Shown: piece by piece, positions 25,593-37,122 of the stretch
How positions within the stretch are numbered: position 1 is the first letter of the stretch
Layout of the letters: each line of letters opens with the position of its first letter
Source: the human T2T-CHM13v2.0 reference genome, Homo sapiens
Reading direction: 5' to 3' (one strand)
DNA length: 64,000 nucleotides
Assembly (NCBI RefSeq): GCF_009914755.1
Contig: NC_060940.1
Notes under the pieces: model-generated
Seen by the model: the letters and a program-made list of their open reading frames with translations, nothing else
Told to the model about the DNA's origin: nothing
The model's database searches: none
Position numbers and translations under genes: made by a program

Positions 25593-25769
25593 ATCCAGAC
25601 GATGCTTCTGCTACAACGACATGACGGATACTAACCCATCTCTCAAGAATACTCCCAAAATTAAATTTTTCTTTTTTCCAAGGTGCCCATGACACCCCCG
25701 ATGTCAAGCCTGAAGTAGTTGTTGAGAAAGTCGTCCCTTTTCCTTTTTCTATAACCAAATATATAGGAA
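25593..25769 (+). mobile_element. 3' end of an HERVH48 internal region (env C-terminal tail and pre-LTR sequence)
   Basis: Translates IQTMLLLQRHDGY*PISQEYSQN*, resembling a gammaretroviral env cytoplasmic tail. Ends in a purine-rich run (ATAGGAA) immediately before the LTR TG. Confidence 0.7.
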
Positions 25770-26155
25770 TGAAAGATTCTCCCTGGGGCCTGAAAGCTTG
25801 GGGTCATGAATAACTCCTCCCTCCTCAGGCTCAGTCCTAAGGTGCAAGGCCACTTGCACCAGCAGCGTGTGTCTACAAGATAGCAGAAGCAGGAAGAGAG
25901 CTTGCCAGAAGACACGTACCCCCTGGAGATAGAGAGAGGCTGTCCGGGTACCATGTAGCAGTTATGTCAGACTAGTACATTTCCTGTTTACAGGAGACTA
26001 TAAAACCTCTTCCCCATCCTCACTTGGGGCTGATACCATTTTAGGCCTCAGCCCATCTGCACCCTGGTGCTAATTAAAACAGCCTGTTGCTCCACACTGC
26101 CTTGTGTTGTTTGTTGGCACATCCTCGGGGTTCAAACAAATACAAGAGCCTTGCA
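25770..26155 (+). mobile_element. MER48 LTR, copy 2 (5' LTR of the long provirus)
   Basis: TGAAAGATTCTCCCTGGGGCCTGAAAGC...ACAAGAGCCTTGCA, followed directly by a PBS. Confidence 0.9.
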
Positions 26156-26157
26156 CC

Positions 26158-26175
26158 TGGTGCCAAAACCCAGGA
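26158..26175 (+). other. Primer-binding site (PBS), tRNA-Phe
   Basis: TGGTGCCAAAACCCAGGA versus the tRNA-Phe complement TGGTGCCGAAACCCGGGA; two CpG-type mismatches. Confidence 0.9.
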
Positions 26176-26578
26176 GGGGCTCCAGTCTGCATCCCCTGTA
26201 GACCTACCTTTCCACCCCAGAAAGCAGGCCACAGCAGCCAGACAAAAGAAGCTCCTCAGCCTCCAGTCACCTCTCTGTTCATGCACATTGGTCACTGATC
26301 TCACCTACTGGTATGTTTCCTGGGAGCCCAGGTTAACAGAGTAAAATCCGCATGGCCTTCCTTGATTTCACCAGTCCAAAAATCCAACGTTCGTCCAAGA
26401 AGGCTTCGGCATGTTCCAGGCACTCGCTGATCATCTGGTCTTAGGGGGATGCCTCTAAGCCATTTGATCCCATTCTGGGAATGAAAAAAGCAGCGGTGAT
26501 GATCACTTCTTTTATCGTCTCTCTCAGGCTGTCCAGGATGATCTCCTTTTCCCTGTTCTCCCAAGCCTACCCTCTGTC

Positions 26579-28385
26579 ATGGGAAATCCCCAGTCTTCCA
26601 TTCCAAAGGACAGCCCTCTAGGCTGCCTCATAAAAACCTGCAAACCTTAGGCCTCAGGCAAGATATCCGCCCTAAGTTCCTTGTCTTTTTTTTTTTTTTA
26701 ATTCAATCTGGCCACAGTACAAATTGAATAATGGGTACAAAGTGCCTGCAAATGGAACATTCAACTTTACAATTTTAACTGACTTAAGAAATTATTGCTG
26801 ACGACTGGAAAAATGGGGAGAAATTCCTTATGTCCAGGTCTTTTTCACACTCAGGTCACAACCCAGCTTCTGCAATTCTTGCTCACCTGTTAAAATTCTC
26901 CTCCCCCATTCCCACCACCCTAGTCCCCTTTCTCCTCCCACCTTACGTCTTTTTCCTCGTTCAATCCAGCAGACTGCTGTCCACCCCTCCCAACCTCTAC
27001 CTCTCCCTCTCAACTGTCTTCTTTAACCCCCGCAAGCCTCCTCTTTGTCTTCCTAGCAGCCATGTTCCCAGTCACCATCTTCTCAGCCACCACTTTCTCA
27101 GTCACCATCTTCCCAGCCAGCAGTGCCTCCAAAAGTACCCACTTCTTTTCCTACACCATCCTCTCCTCAGCACAATTCTAGCGCTGCCTGTACCCATTCT
27201 CCTCCCCCATCACCCTTTCCTTAGGCCGATAATCCCACCCTGCCACTTTACACCCCCATCTATCCTCCACTGCCTATTAACTCAACCCCCTTTTTCCCTT
27301 TAAACCCTTAACAGGAACCATTTCCAGGTTGTTCCTTCTCTCCCACCCATACTTACTCAGGCACCATTTTTGGCCCATGCTCCACCCTTACTTCAAAGCC
27401 TGCGCTAGAGTGCCCTCTTCAGGAAGCAGCAGGAACTGAAGGTATTGTTAGCTTTCATGTTTCCTACTCCCTCACTGATCTCTCTCAAATTAACAAAAGA
27501 CCAGAAGACCCTACCTCTTATATTAGAGAGTTTCAGTACCTCACCCAGTCTTATGAAGTAACTTGGCATGACCTCTACATTATCCTCTCTTTCACCCTCA
27601 CCCTAGCAGACTGGGACAGTATCTGGACCCTAGCTCAGTTGCATGCTGATACAATTTATCACCAGGCTCCTACCCAGCCTACTGGCACAGAGGCAGTCCC
27701 CAACAAGCACCCCCACTGGGATTATCAAGACAGGGACTCTGGACACTGCCATCAAGACTACATGATTGTGTATCTCCTTGCAGGACTCAAAACGGGTGCC
27801 CACAAAGTGGTAAACTATGAAAAACTTTCAGAAATCACCCAAGATCCTGACGAAAACCAAGCTCCTTTTCTCTCTTGTTTAATTGAAGCCATGGGAAAAT
27901 ATACCAACCTGGACCCAGCCAGCCCAGAAGAAACCACTACCTTAAACCTTTGGTCCATCTCCCAATCCACCCCTGATGTCCAATGCAAGCTTCAGAAGCT
28001 TGACGAAGGACCTCAAACTCCACAATGAGACCTTCTTAATTTAGCCTTTAACAATCGTGATGAGGAATGTAAAAGGCCAAAACAGGGAGAATTTCAAATG
28101 CTTGCCTCTGCTATCATGGGCCCCGCAGGACCACGGGGTCACAGCTCCATACAGAAGCCTCCTAGTAATCCACCTCCATCTGGCGCCTGTTTCAATTGCA
28201 GCAATGAAGGCCACTGGTCCCCACAATACCCAAACCCAGGTAAGCCCATCAGGTCATGCCCCCTCTGCAGAGGACCCCACTGGAAGTCAGAGGGTGAATG
28301 CCCTATGCAAGGACTGCCCTCATCCCTTCCTGAGTCAGCCAAAACCTCCTACTCGGATCTCATCGGCCTTGCTGCTGAAGACTGA
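26579..28385 (+). pseudogene. gag: HERVH48/HERV-Fb gag, defective
   Basis: Starts MGNPQSSIPKDSPLGCL. Capsid/major-homology-like VNYEKLSEITQDPDENQAPFL. Decayed zinc knuckles CFNCSNEGHW and CPLCRGPHW. Ends AAED*. Many stops and frameshifts. Confidence 0.9.
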
Positions 28386-31300
28386 TGGTGCCCTGGAACA
28401 GACACCCCAGCAACTACCATCTCTTCATTCGAGCCAAGGATAATCCTGATGGTTGCAGGTAGGCCAGCAGGTTTTTAAATTCATACCGCGGCAACCTACT
28501 CTGTTTTACCTAATTTTTCAGGACGCACCCAGTCCTCCCAAGTCTCTGTTGTGGGAATTGATGGACAAGTCTCCAAGCCCTGAGCCTCCCCTCCATCTTC
28601 TGCTCCCTTCACATCGTTTCCTCCACTCACTTTTTCTTAGTCCTGCCGTCATGCCCAACTCAGCTCCCAGGCAGAGACACCCTTTCAAAACTCCACACTA
28701 CTCTCCACTTCCATGTTGACCATGGTACCTAACACATCCACCTAGACACCTCTGGTGCTTCTAGCTTTCTTCTACTCCTCCAACCTCCCACCCTAAAACA
28801 TGCAACATTTCCTTATCCCCTATTTGTAGTTAACTCCACTGTTTGGGATACTTCCACACCCTCAGTCACAAAACACCACACCCCCTTCCGCATTATCCTT
28901 AAAAACCCAACCCAGTTCCTATCACAGAAGCAGTATCAAATTCCCCAAGCAGCTCTTGTAGGACTAAAGCCTATCATTTCTCGCCTCCTCACCAGTCACC
29001 TACTCTGCCCAACAAACTCCCCTTTTAACACACAAATTCTACCTCTTAAAAAGCCAGATGAAACTTATTTCTTAGTCCAGGACCTCAGGCTCATTAACCA
29101 AGCTGTACACCCAGTATGTCCAGTAGTTCCTAACCCACACACTTTAATTTCCTCAATTCCCTCCAATACCACCCATTTTTCTGTCCTAGACCTAAAGGAT
29201 GCTTTTTTCACAATTCTTTTGCATCCTGATTCTCAAGACCTCTTTGCCTTTATGCGAGAAGACTCTGACACCCACCTTTCACATCAGCTCACCTGGTGCA
29301 TACTAACTGAAGGTTTTAGAAGCAGCCCCCACCTTTTTGGACAGTCCCTTGCTCGTGACCTCTGTACCTCATTCCTAAAACCGCCCATTCTCCTTTAATA
29401 TGTTGATGATTTGCTCCTGCGTAGCCCTTCTCAAAAAGACTGCAACACCCGTACTATCTCTCTTTTAAACTTCCTGGCAGAGCAGGGTTACCACGTCTCC
29501 CCTAAAAAAACAAAAATATGCACCCCCTCAGTCACCGACCTAGGCCTAGTTCCTACCCCATAATCCCAAGGGCTCACAATTGACCACATTTCCCTCCTCC
29601 AGTCCCTCCTGCCTCCGCTAACTAAGCAAGGAATTCTCTCTTTTCTAAGACTAGTGGGATATTTTAGGCTCTGTGTTTCCTCCTTTGCTGTATTGCCAAA
29701 CCATTATACCACCTGCTAAAGGCTCTCTCCATGAGCCTTTAAACCCTGCACAGCCTATTACTCAACCTTTCCATCTACTCCAAAAGGCTCTCATCTCAGC
29801 CCCCAACCTCACTCTCCCAGACCTCACCAAACCCCAAACCTTTCTCTCTATATATTGATGAATGGCGTGAAGTTACACTAGGTGTTCTAGCTCAGTCCAA
29901 GGGACCTCCCCTCCAGGTTATCATCTACATCTCCAAACAGCTTGAAAACACAGTTCAAGGATGGCCTGCCTGATTCCAAGCTTTGGTGGCAGCTGCTGTC
30001 CTCACCCTTGAAAGCCTAAAACTATCTCTTCATGCCAACCTAACAGTTTATTCAACCCATAACATCAAAGACATGTAAGCTCACTGCAGTGTACTTAGTC
30101 TCATCTCTGCCTCACAGCTCCTCCAACTGTATGCTTTATTCACAGAAACTCCCCAAATCACCCTGCTAACCAGCTCCCATTTAAACCTGGCCACACTCTT
30201 ACTTGAAGCTACTAGCTCCCAAGACCCTGCACACTTCTGTGTAGACACTGTTCAAACCTTTCTTATACCTTTTCCAAACCTGACAGACCAGCACCCTCCA
30301 GATGCCTCTTTTACTTGGTTTTGAGATGGCAGTTCCTTCCTACATCAAGGAGGCCAACATGCTAGCTACGATATAGTGTCACTCCACACACTATTGAAGC
30401 CAATCTGCTCCCCCTAGCATCCACATCCCAAAAAGCTGAACTCATCCCCCTCACTCTAGCAGCCAGCCAACGAATTAACATATATTCAGATTCTCATTAT
30501 GCATTCCACATAGTGCACTCACATTCATCCATCTGGAAAGAATGGGGTTTCCTAACTGCAAAAAAAAAAAAAAAAAACACAAAAAAATACTTGTCGTAAA
30601 TGGCTCTCTCATCAGCAAACTCCTTCAAGCTGCCAGACTCCCACAGAAAGTAGCCATCATTCATTGCAGGGGCCACCAAACTCCAGACAATCCTATATCA
30701 GCCGGAAATGCTCTAGCAGACAAGGTAGCCCTACAACCTGTGCACGGCCAGTTTCTGTCCCTGTCCTCATTCTCTCCTCTTTATTCCTCAGAAGAAAAGG
30801 ACTTCCAAGCCCAAAACCTTCAAAAGCAAGGACCATGGGTATGTCAAGAAACGGCATTTCATTCTTCCTCACTCTCAAACAATCTCTATCCTCCAAAGCC
30901 TCCACAACTCTTTCCATGTTGGTTACAAACCTCTCTTGCAACTTCTCCACCATATTCTCATTTGTTCTCACCTTTCCAGCCGTGTTCAAGAAATTACCCA
31001 GTCCTGCTCTATCTGCCATCCAGCATCACCCCAGGGTTCCCTCCAGCTGCTGCATTTTCCTACCCACAAAGCCTGGGTCCATGTACACAGGCAAGATTGG
31101 CAAGTAGACTTCATTCACATGCCACCCGATAAATGGCTCTGCTATCTTCTAATCTTTGTCTGTACTTTCTCTGGGTGAGTAGAAGCATTCACAACAACTT
31201 CAGAAAGTGCAAATGTCAGACAAATTCCCGTCATGCATATAATTACCCATTTTGGATTCCCAACATCCATCCAGTCCAATAACGGGCCCTCCTTTAGCAG

Positions 31301-31949
31301 CCAAATTACCCAAGACTTCTCTACATCCTTGGGAATAAAATGGGTTCTCCACACACCCTACAGGCTTCAATCTTCAGGTAATGTTGAAAAAGTCAACTCT
31401 GTCTTTAAAGCCAAACTCACCAAGCTGGCTCTAGAAACCCGCCAATCATGGACAGGAAATCTTCCTTTCACCCTTATGAGACTCTGTGCAACACAAAATG
31501 CACCCTCTATTTATAGTCCCTTTGAAATCATGTATGGCCAAACTTTTGTCTTAGGGCCTCCACCCTTACCAAACTCTGAACCAGTCAGTAATTACCTCCC
31601 TGTCTTAATCCAGACATGGTCTTTCATTCATGAAGCAGCAAATGAGGCCATGCCTCTCCCTATAGTCATCTCTTTGTCCTCTATACATAACTGTCTTGCA
31701 GGCACAGACATGTTTATCTGCCAACCCGACCCTCATGAAAAGCTACAACCAAAGTGGGCAGGCCCCTACACTTTGATACTCTGCATGCCCAATGCAGTGA
31801 GAGTCCAAGGACTCCCCCACTGGATCCATCACACCAGGGTCAATCTCACCCCCAAGGCTACTTCTTCCTCCAAAACATTAATAGCTGAGTTGTCATCTAG
31901 GCCAATTTCTCCTACCAAGCTTAAATTAACAAAAAATTTTTTTTCTTAG
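28386..31949 (+). pseudogene. pol: HERVH48/HERV-Fb pro-pol, defective
   Basis: RT motifs LVQDLRLINQA, LDLKDAFF and YVDDLL (~29399). RNase H motif VAIIHCRGHQ...GNALAD. Integrase motifs DWQVDF, SIQSNNGPSF, QSSGNVEK and PKWAGPY. Confidence 0.92.
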
Positions 31950-31988
31950 AACCAAAACACAAGGCAGACTAATCACCTGCTTTCAGAA

Positions 31989-33441
31989 ATGGCCTGTATC
32001 TGCCCAACCGTTTGCTGTACCTGACTTCCAACCAAAAGTCTTAGTACAGGAATATCCCTCACCACAATCCTAATATTGTCAGTAGCTGCCCTGTGGTCCA
32101 CAGCAGCTCCTCTGAGTTGCCGTGAGTGTTATCAGTCTTTTCACTATTGAGGAAAAATGCAACAATCATTTACTTACCATACTCAAATAGAAAAATTCTG
32201 TTATGAAATCTTAATTGAGGAATGTGTTGAATCATGGAAAAGTTATTATAAAGTAAAAAATCTAGGAGTATCTAGCAGTCATAAAGGGGCTATATGTCCA
32301 AAAGGTAAGAGGTGGCTTTCCCTCCACAAAATTGGATGACGGAGAGTAAACACTCAAGTGCTAAAGGACATAAAGAGAAAACAGATTATAGCCAAAGCAA
32401 AAGCCAAAACAAACAACTACCACCCCCCTGTGCCCAAATCACCTGTGGTATTTCCATCCCTTTATACAAAATTACAAGCAGACATATCCCTTCCTAAACC
32501 CAGAAAAAACCTGTTTGCAGATCTAGGAGAACACATCACATTTACCATGAATGTGTCCAATTGCTGGATATGTGGGGATCTCGTATGAATCAACAGTGGC
32601 CGTGGTATGGGATAGACATTCCCTCTTACCAGCATCCCAAAACCCCAGCGTCATTCTCACTACTCAGGAATGCCCACAGTCCTGGATACTTATCAACCCA
32701 GTAAGAGGGATGGTGTGCATATACCACAAGTGAACTGATGAAACCCATCACACCATAGGTGAAAGCCCCTGTCACCAAACCCTAGCAGTCAATGCCTCCA
32801 CAGTAGACTGGGGGCCAAGGTTACCCCACAGAGTGTGGTCTCCTTCTAACTTAAGCTACCTCAATTGTGACTTGTCAGAAAAGGCCTGGTACTGTACAAA
32901 CACCACTAACCCTTAAGCCACATACCCACATTTAAGTGCACTATGGGACAATCCTATGAAAACCAGACTACAATAGATTGTCCTGAAGTATTCTTTTGGA
33001 TATGTGGAACCCAGGCTTACTCTTGGTTACCTTATCACTGGCAAGGTACTTGCTTCCTAGGTACAATTAAAACTGGATTCTTTTTACTTCCAATGCAGGT
33101 GGGCAACACTCTTGGAATCCCTGTATATGATAACCTAAACAGGGAAAAAAGGTCCTTAAAGGTAGGAGGAAGGCAAAGATGGCAAGAGGATGAGTGGCCT
33201 CTGCAATGGATCATCGAATATTACAGCCCTGCCACTTGGGCTGAGGATGGTTCATGGGGTTATGGCACTCCCAGATATATGCAAATAGAATAATTTTGAG
33301 AATAGGCTGTACTATAGACAATCACTAACCAAACCACTTCAGCCCTGGAAATGCTCTTGCAACAACAAAACCAAATGCATGCAACAATTTATCAAAATGG
33401 GCCAGCACTAGACTACTTATTAGCAGAAGAGAGTGGGGTCC
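31989..33441 (+). pseudogene. env: HERVH48 env, paralog of suppressyn (ERVH48-1); defective and 3' truncated
   Basis: MACICPTVCCT*LPTKSLSTGISLTTILILSVAALWSTAAPLSCRECYQSFHY*GKMQQSFTYHTQIE...EECVESWKSYYKVKNLGV is colinear with suppressyn. Has CWIC, furin site REKR (33141-33152) and immunosuppressive domain [17 protein letters not shown], then ends abruptly. Confidence 0.93.
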
Positions 33442-33975
33442 CAAGATTGATTTTCCTTTCAGTTTCTTCTTTGTAAGGTTTCCTTGTCAAGATTATAATG
33501 AATTAATAACGTGAGTTTGTATGTTCTTTTGCTTTTCATTACAATTTTTAAAGTTTTTTATGTAGAGTTTTCAATCCGAGAGTTTAATATTTGTGATATT
33601 TCTTATTCACTTATGAGGTCATCTGTGCTTGAAATTTTCTTCAGAGGAAGACTTTAAATTATAGCTTCAGTTTTATTAATAGATATGAGACATTAGATTT
33701 ATGTTTTTAAAACTAAGTCTTGGAAAGTTGTATTTTTCTAGGAATGTGACCTTTTCTTCTAAGTTTTCAATCTTATTGGCATAGTTGTTAATACTATCTT
33801 CACTATATTTTCATTGATGGCAGGACCTATATGAATGTTTATTTTTCATGTCTGATATCAATAAGTGGGCCTTTTTTTCCTTTCCCTATATTGATCAGAC
33901 TTGTCTGAGCATTGTCAGGTCTACCATATTTTTCAAGGAACAGATTTGTCTTTGTCTTTTTTATCTCCAATATGT
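33442..33975 (-). mobile_element. Old antisense L1 fragment (host of the HERV-T insertion)
   Basis: T-rich decayed sequence resembling antisense L1 ORF2; similar sequence continues after 39553. Confidence 0.65.
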
Positions 33976-34539
33976 TGTAATACCCAACCTTGTTTTAATA
34001 TGAATAGGCTCTCCCTTAGCTGAGAACAGTGTAGGGACTCCATTTGGCTTCTTCATTTACAAGACATCAAGTGCTCCTTACCCACCCCCTTCCTCAAGGA
34101 CTTAACTTCTGCAAGCTGACTCTCAACATATCAAAGAGTGCAAGTAACTGATAAGGTACTGAAGAAAGCAATGTCTGCAGTTCCCAGGATTCACTCAGGA
34201 GATAGTACCATAAAGCCCCTGCATTTGTGTCTAGCAGATAACACCCAGAGCCCCCACACCTATCACCTTGTGATGAATTTAAAGCCCCTGCACTTGGAAC
34301 TGTTTGTTTTCCTGTAACCATTTGTCTTTTTTACTTTTTTGTCGGTTTTACTTCTGTAAGATTGCTACAGCTAGAATCCCCCTCCCCTCTCTAAACTAAA
34401 GTATAAAAGAAAATCTAGCCCCTTCTTCAGGGCGGAGAGAATTTTGTGCCTTAGCCATCTCTCTGTCGCTGGCAAATAAAGGACTCCTGAATTTGTCTCA
34501 AAGTATGGCATTTTCTCTCTAACTCACTCAGTTACAACA
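33976..34539 (+). mobile_element. 5' LTR of HERV-T/S71 provirus (LTR6A-like)
   Basis: TGTAATACCCAACCTTG...CAGTTACAACA, with TATAAAA at ~34402 and AATAAA at ~34475. Direct repeat of 38978-39552. Confidence 0.92.
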
Positions 34540-34541
34540 TT

Positions 34542-34559
34542 TGGAGGCCCCAGGGAGAT
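34542..34559 (+). other. Primer-binding site, tRNA-Thr
   Basis: TGGAGGCCCCAGGGAGAT versus the tRNA-Thr complement TGGAGGCCCCAGCGAGAT. Confidence 0.88.
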
Positions 34560-35035
34560 CATTTCACTACTGGATGAGGGCCAGGCTCACTCTGGGCTCC
34601 CCTGGATGGGTGGCTGGCTTAGATAGGGAGGTGTCACCTGAAGAAGTTCCAGGTCCCCACAGGCGACCATCTTCCAGAGGAGAATGGATTGACTACCGGT
34701 GTGTGCCCACAAAAGTCAACGTCTGAGTCCTCAGCTTCTGGTCCCAGGAAGGTAAGTCAGATCTGAGTTTGGTTTGGTGAGAGGGAAGCGGCCCTCACAA
34801 AGGCATCTCTCTCTTTGACACTGCCTGCATTCCAGGAAGCTGGACAAGGGAGCCTTGGTTTTCTGTTAGGTGCCTTTGGTTCTGGTTTGGTGAGAAGGAA
34901 CTGTCCCTGATGAGGGCGTCTCTCTCTGACTCTGTCCGTATTCCAGGACACTGGAGAACATAGTCTTGGTTTCTATGAGGCCAGCCTCTCCATTAAGACT
35001 AGTCTCTCACTCTCTCACCCTCTCTTTCTCTCTGT

Positions 35036-35210
35036 CTCTCTAAACTAAACTGGTGAATAAAGGACTCCTGAATTTGTCTCAAAGTGTGGTGTTTTCTCTC
35101 TAACTCGCTCAGCTACAACATTTGGAGGCTCCAGGGAGATTATTTCACTACTGGGTGAGGGCCAGACTCACTCTGGGCTCCCCTGGAAGGAAGGCTGGTT
35201 TATAGGGGAG
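35036..35210 (+). repeat. Internal second copy of LTR end, PBS and leader start
   Basis: AATAAAGGACTCCTGAATTTGTCTCAAAGTG...TACAACA TTTGGAGGCTCCAGGGAGAT...CTGGGCTCCCCTGGA duplicates ~34470-34630. Confidence 0.95.
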
Positions 35211-37122
35211 TAGTTTACAGCTCCTCATGCCATAGAGACTTTGCTGCAAGGTGCTTCTGGCAAATGGATGTCAAACACTCGCATTTTACATTATCAGACT
35301 TTACTATTAGATCAGCCTCATTTAACTTTCTCTCCCACAAGGTGTTTAAATCCAGCAACTTTACTCCCAGATCCAGAATTCACCACACCTATCCATGACT
35401 GCCAGGAACTGTTAGAGACAACAGAAACTGGCTGACCTGATCTCCAAGATGTGCCTTTAAAGGAGGTGGATGCCACCATGTTTACAGACGGTAGCAGCTT
35501 CCTTGAGCAGGGAGTTCAAAAGACTGGTGCGGCCATCACTATGGAGACTGATATTCTGTGGGCCCAAGCTCTACCAGTGGTCACTTCAGCTCAGAGAGCT
35601 GAGTTGGTTGCCTTCACACAGGCTCTCCGATGGGGCAAGGACAAACATATTAACATTTACACTGACAGTAGGTATGCTTTTGCTACTGTGCATGTGCACA
35701 GAGCCATCTATCAAGAGCATGGGCTACTTACCTTAGCAGGAAAGACTATCAAAAACAAAGAAGAAATTCTAGCCCTGCTTGAAGCCACAGGGATTCCTCA
35801 GCAGGTGGCTGTAATTCACTGCAAAGGACATCAAAGGGAAGACATGGCCATTGCCCGTGGTAATCAGAGGGCAGATTCTGCAGCCCAGGAGGCAGCACGG
35901 CTTCCAGTCGCACCTCTAATCTTACTGCCTGCAGTGTCTTTTCCACAGTCTAACCTACAAGATCATCCAATATACTCAGCAGAGGAAGTAAAACTGGTTT
36001 CGGATCCCCAGGCCAGTAAAAATCAGGAAAGTTGGTGGATTCTTCCTGACTCAAGAATCTTCATACCCCAAACTCTTGGAGAAATTTTAATTGGTCGCCT
36101 GCATTCTACCACCCATTTGGGAGGAGTAAAACTGACCCAGCTCCTAAGAAGCTGTTTCAAGATCCCCCACCTTCAGAACTTAGCGAACCAAGCATCTCTC
36201 CAGTGCAAGGCTTGTGCTCAGGTAAACGCCAAGCAAGGTCCTAAACCGAGCTCAAGCAACCGCCTCTGGGGAGACTTGCCAGGAGAAAGGTGAGAAATTG
36301 ACTTTACAGAAATAAAACCACACCGGGCTAGGTACAAATACCTTCTGGTACTAGTAGACAGTTTTTCTGGATGCACGGAGGCATTTGCCACCAAAAACGA
36401 GACTGCCATCATGGTAGTTAGGTTTTTATTCAGTGAAATCATCCCTCCACATGGGCTGCCTGCTGCCATAGGGTCTGATAATGGACCGGCCTTCACCTCA
36501 TCCATAGCTCAATCAGTCAATAAGGCATTAAACATTCAACGGAAGTTCCATTGTGCCTATCGACCCCAGAGCTCTGGGCAGGTAGAATTCATGAAATGCA
36601 ACCTAAAAAGTACTCTTGCAAAATTGATCTTAGAGACCAGTGAGAATTGGGTAAGACTCCTTCCTTTAGCCCTTCTTAGAGTAAGATGCACTCCTTACTG
36701 GGCTGGGTTTTCACCTTTTGAAATCATGTATGGGAGGGCTCTGCCTATCTTGCCTAAGCTAAGGGATACCCATTTAGCAGAAATATCACAAGCGAATTTA
36801 TTACAGTACCTATGGTCTCTCCAACAGGTAAGAGATATCATCCAGCCACTTGTCCGGGGAGCTCATCCCAATCCAATTCCTGACCAGACAGGGCCCTGCC
36901 ACTCATTCCAGCCAGGTGACCTGGTGTTTATTAAAAAGTTCGAGAAAGAAGGACTCACTCCTTCTTGGGAAGGACCTCACACTCACCACACCAACAGCTC
37001 TGAAGGTGGATGGCATTCCTGCTTGGATTAATCACTCTTGCATCAAAAAGGCCAACAAAGCCCAGCAGGAAACATGGGTCCGCAAGCATGGGCCAGGACC
37101 CTTAAAACTGTGCCCAAGTTGA
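35211..37122 (+). pseudogene. pol: HERV-T pol 3' part (connection, RNase H, integrase); gag, pro and RT deleted
   Basis: WMSNTRILHYQTLLLD, FTDGSS, SAQRAELVA, YTDSRYAF, HCKGHQ, HHCC zinc finger, GSDNGPAF and PQSSGQVE. Several stop codons. Confidence 0.95.

Noticed and set aside
31233-31949. 238-aa integrase ORF as a domesticated gene
   Set aside because: Lacks the N-terminal zinc finger and first catalytic Asp in frame, and the second Asp is mutated (SNNG); consistent with neutral decay.
35451-36293. 280-aa RNase H/integrase ORF as a functional protein
   Set aside because: Starts at GTG and is bounded by nonsense mutations within a gag/RT-deleted provirus.
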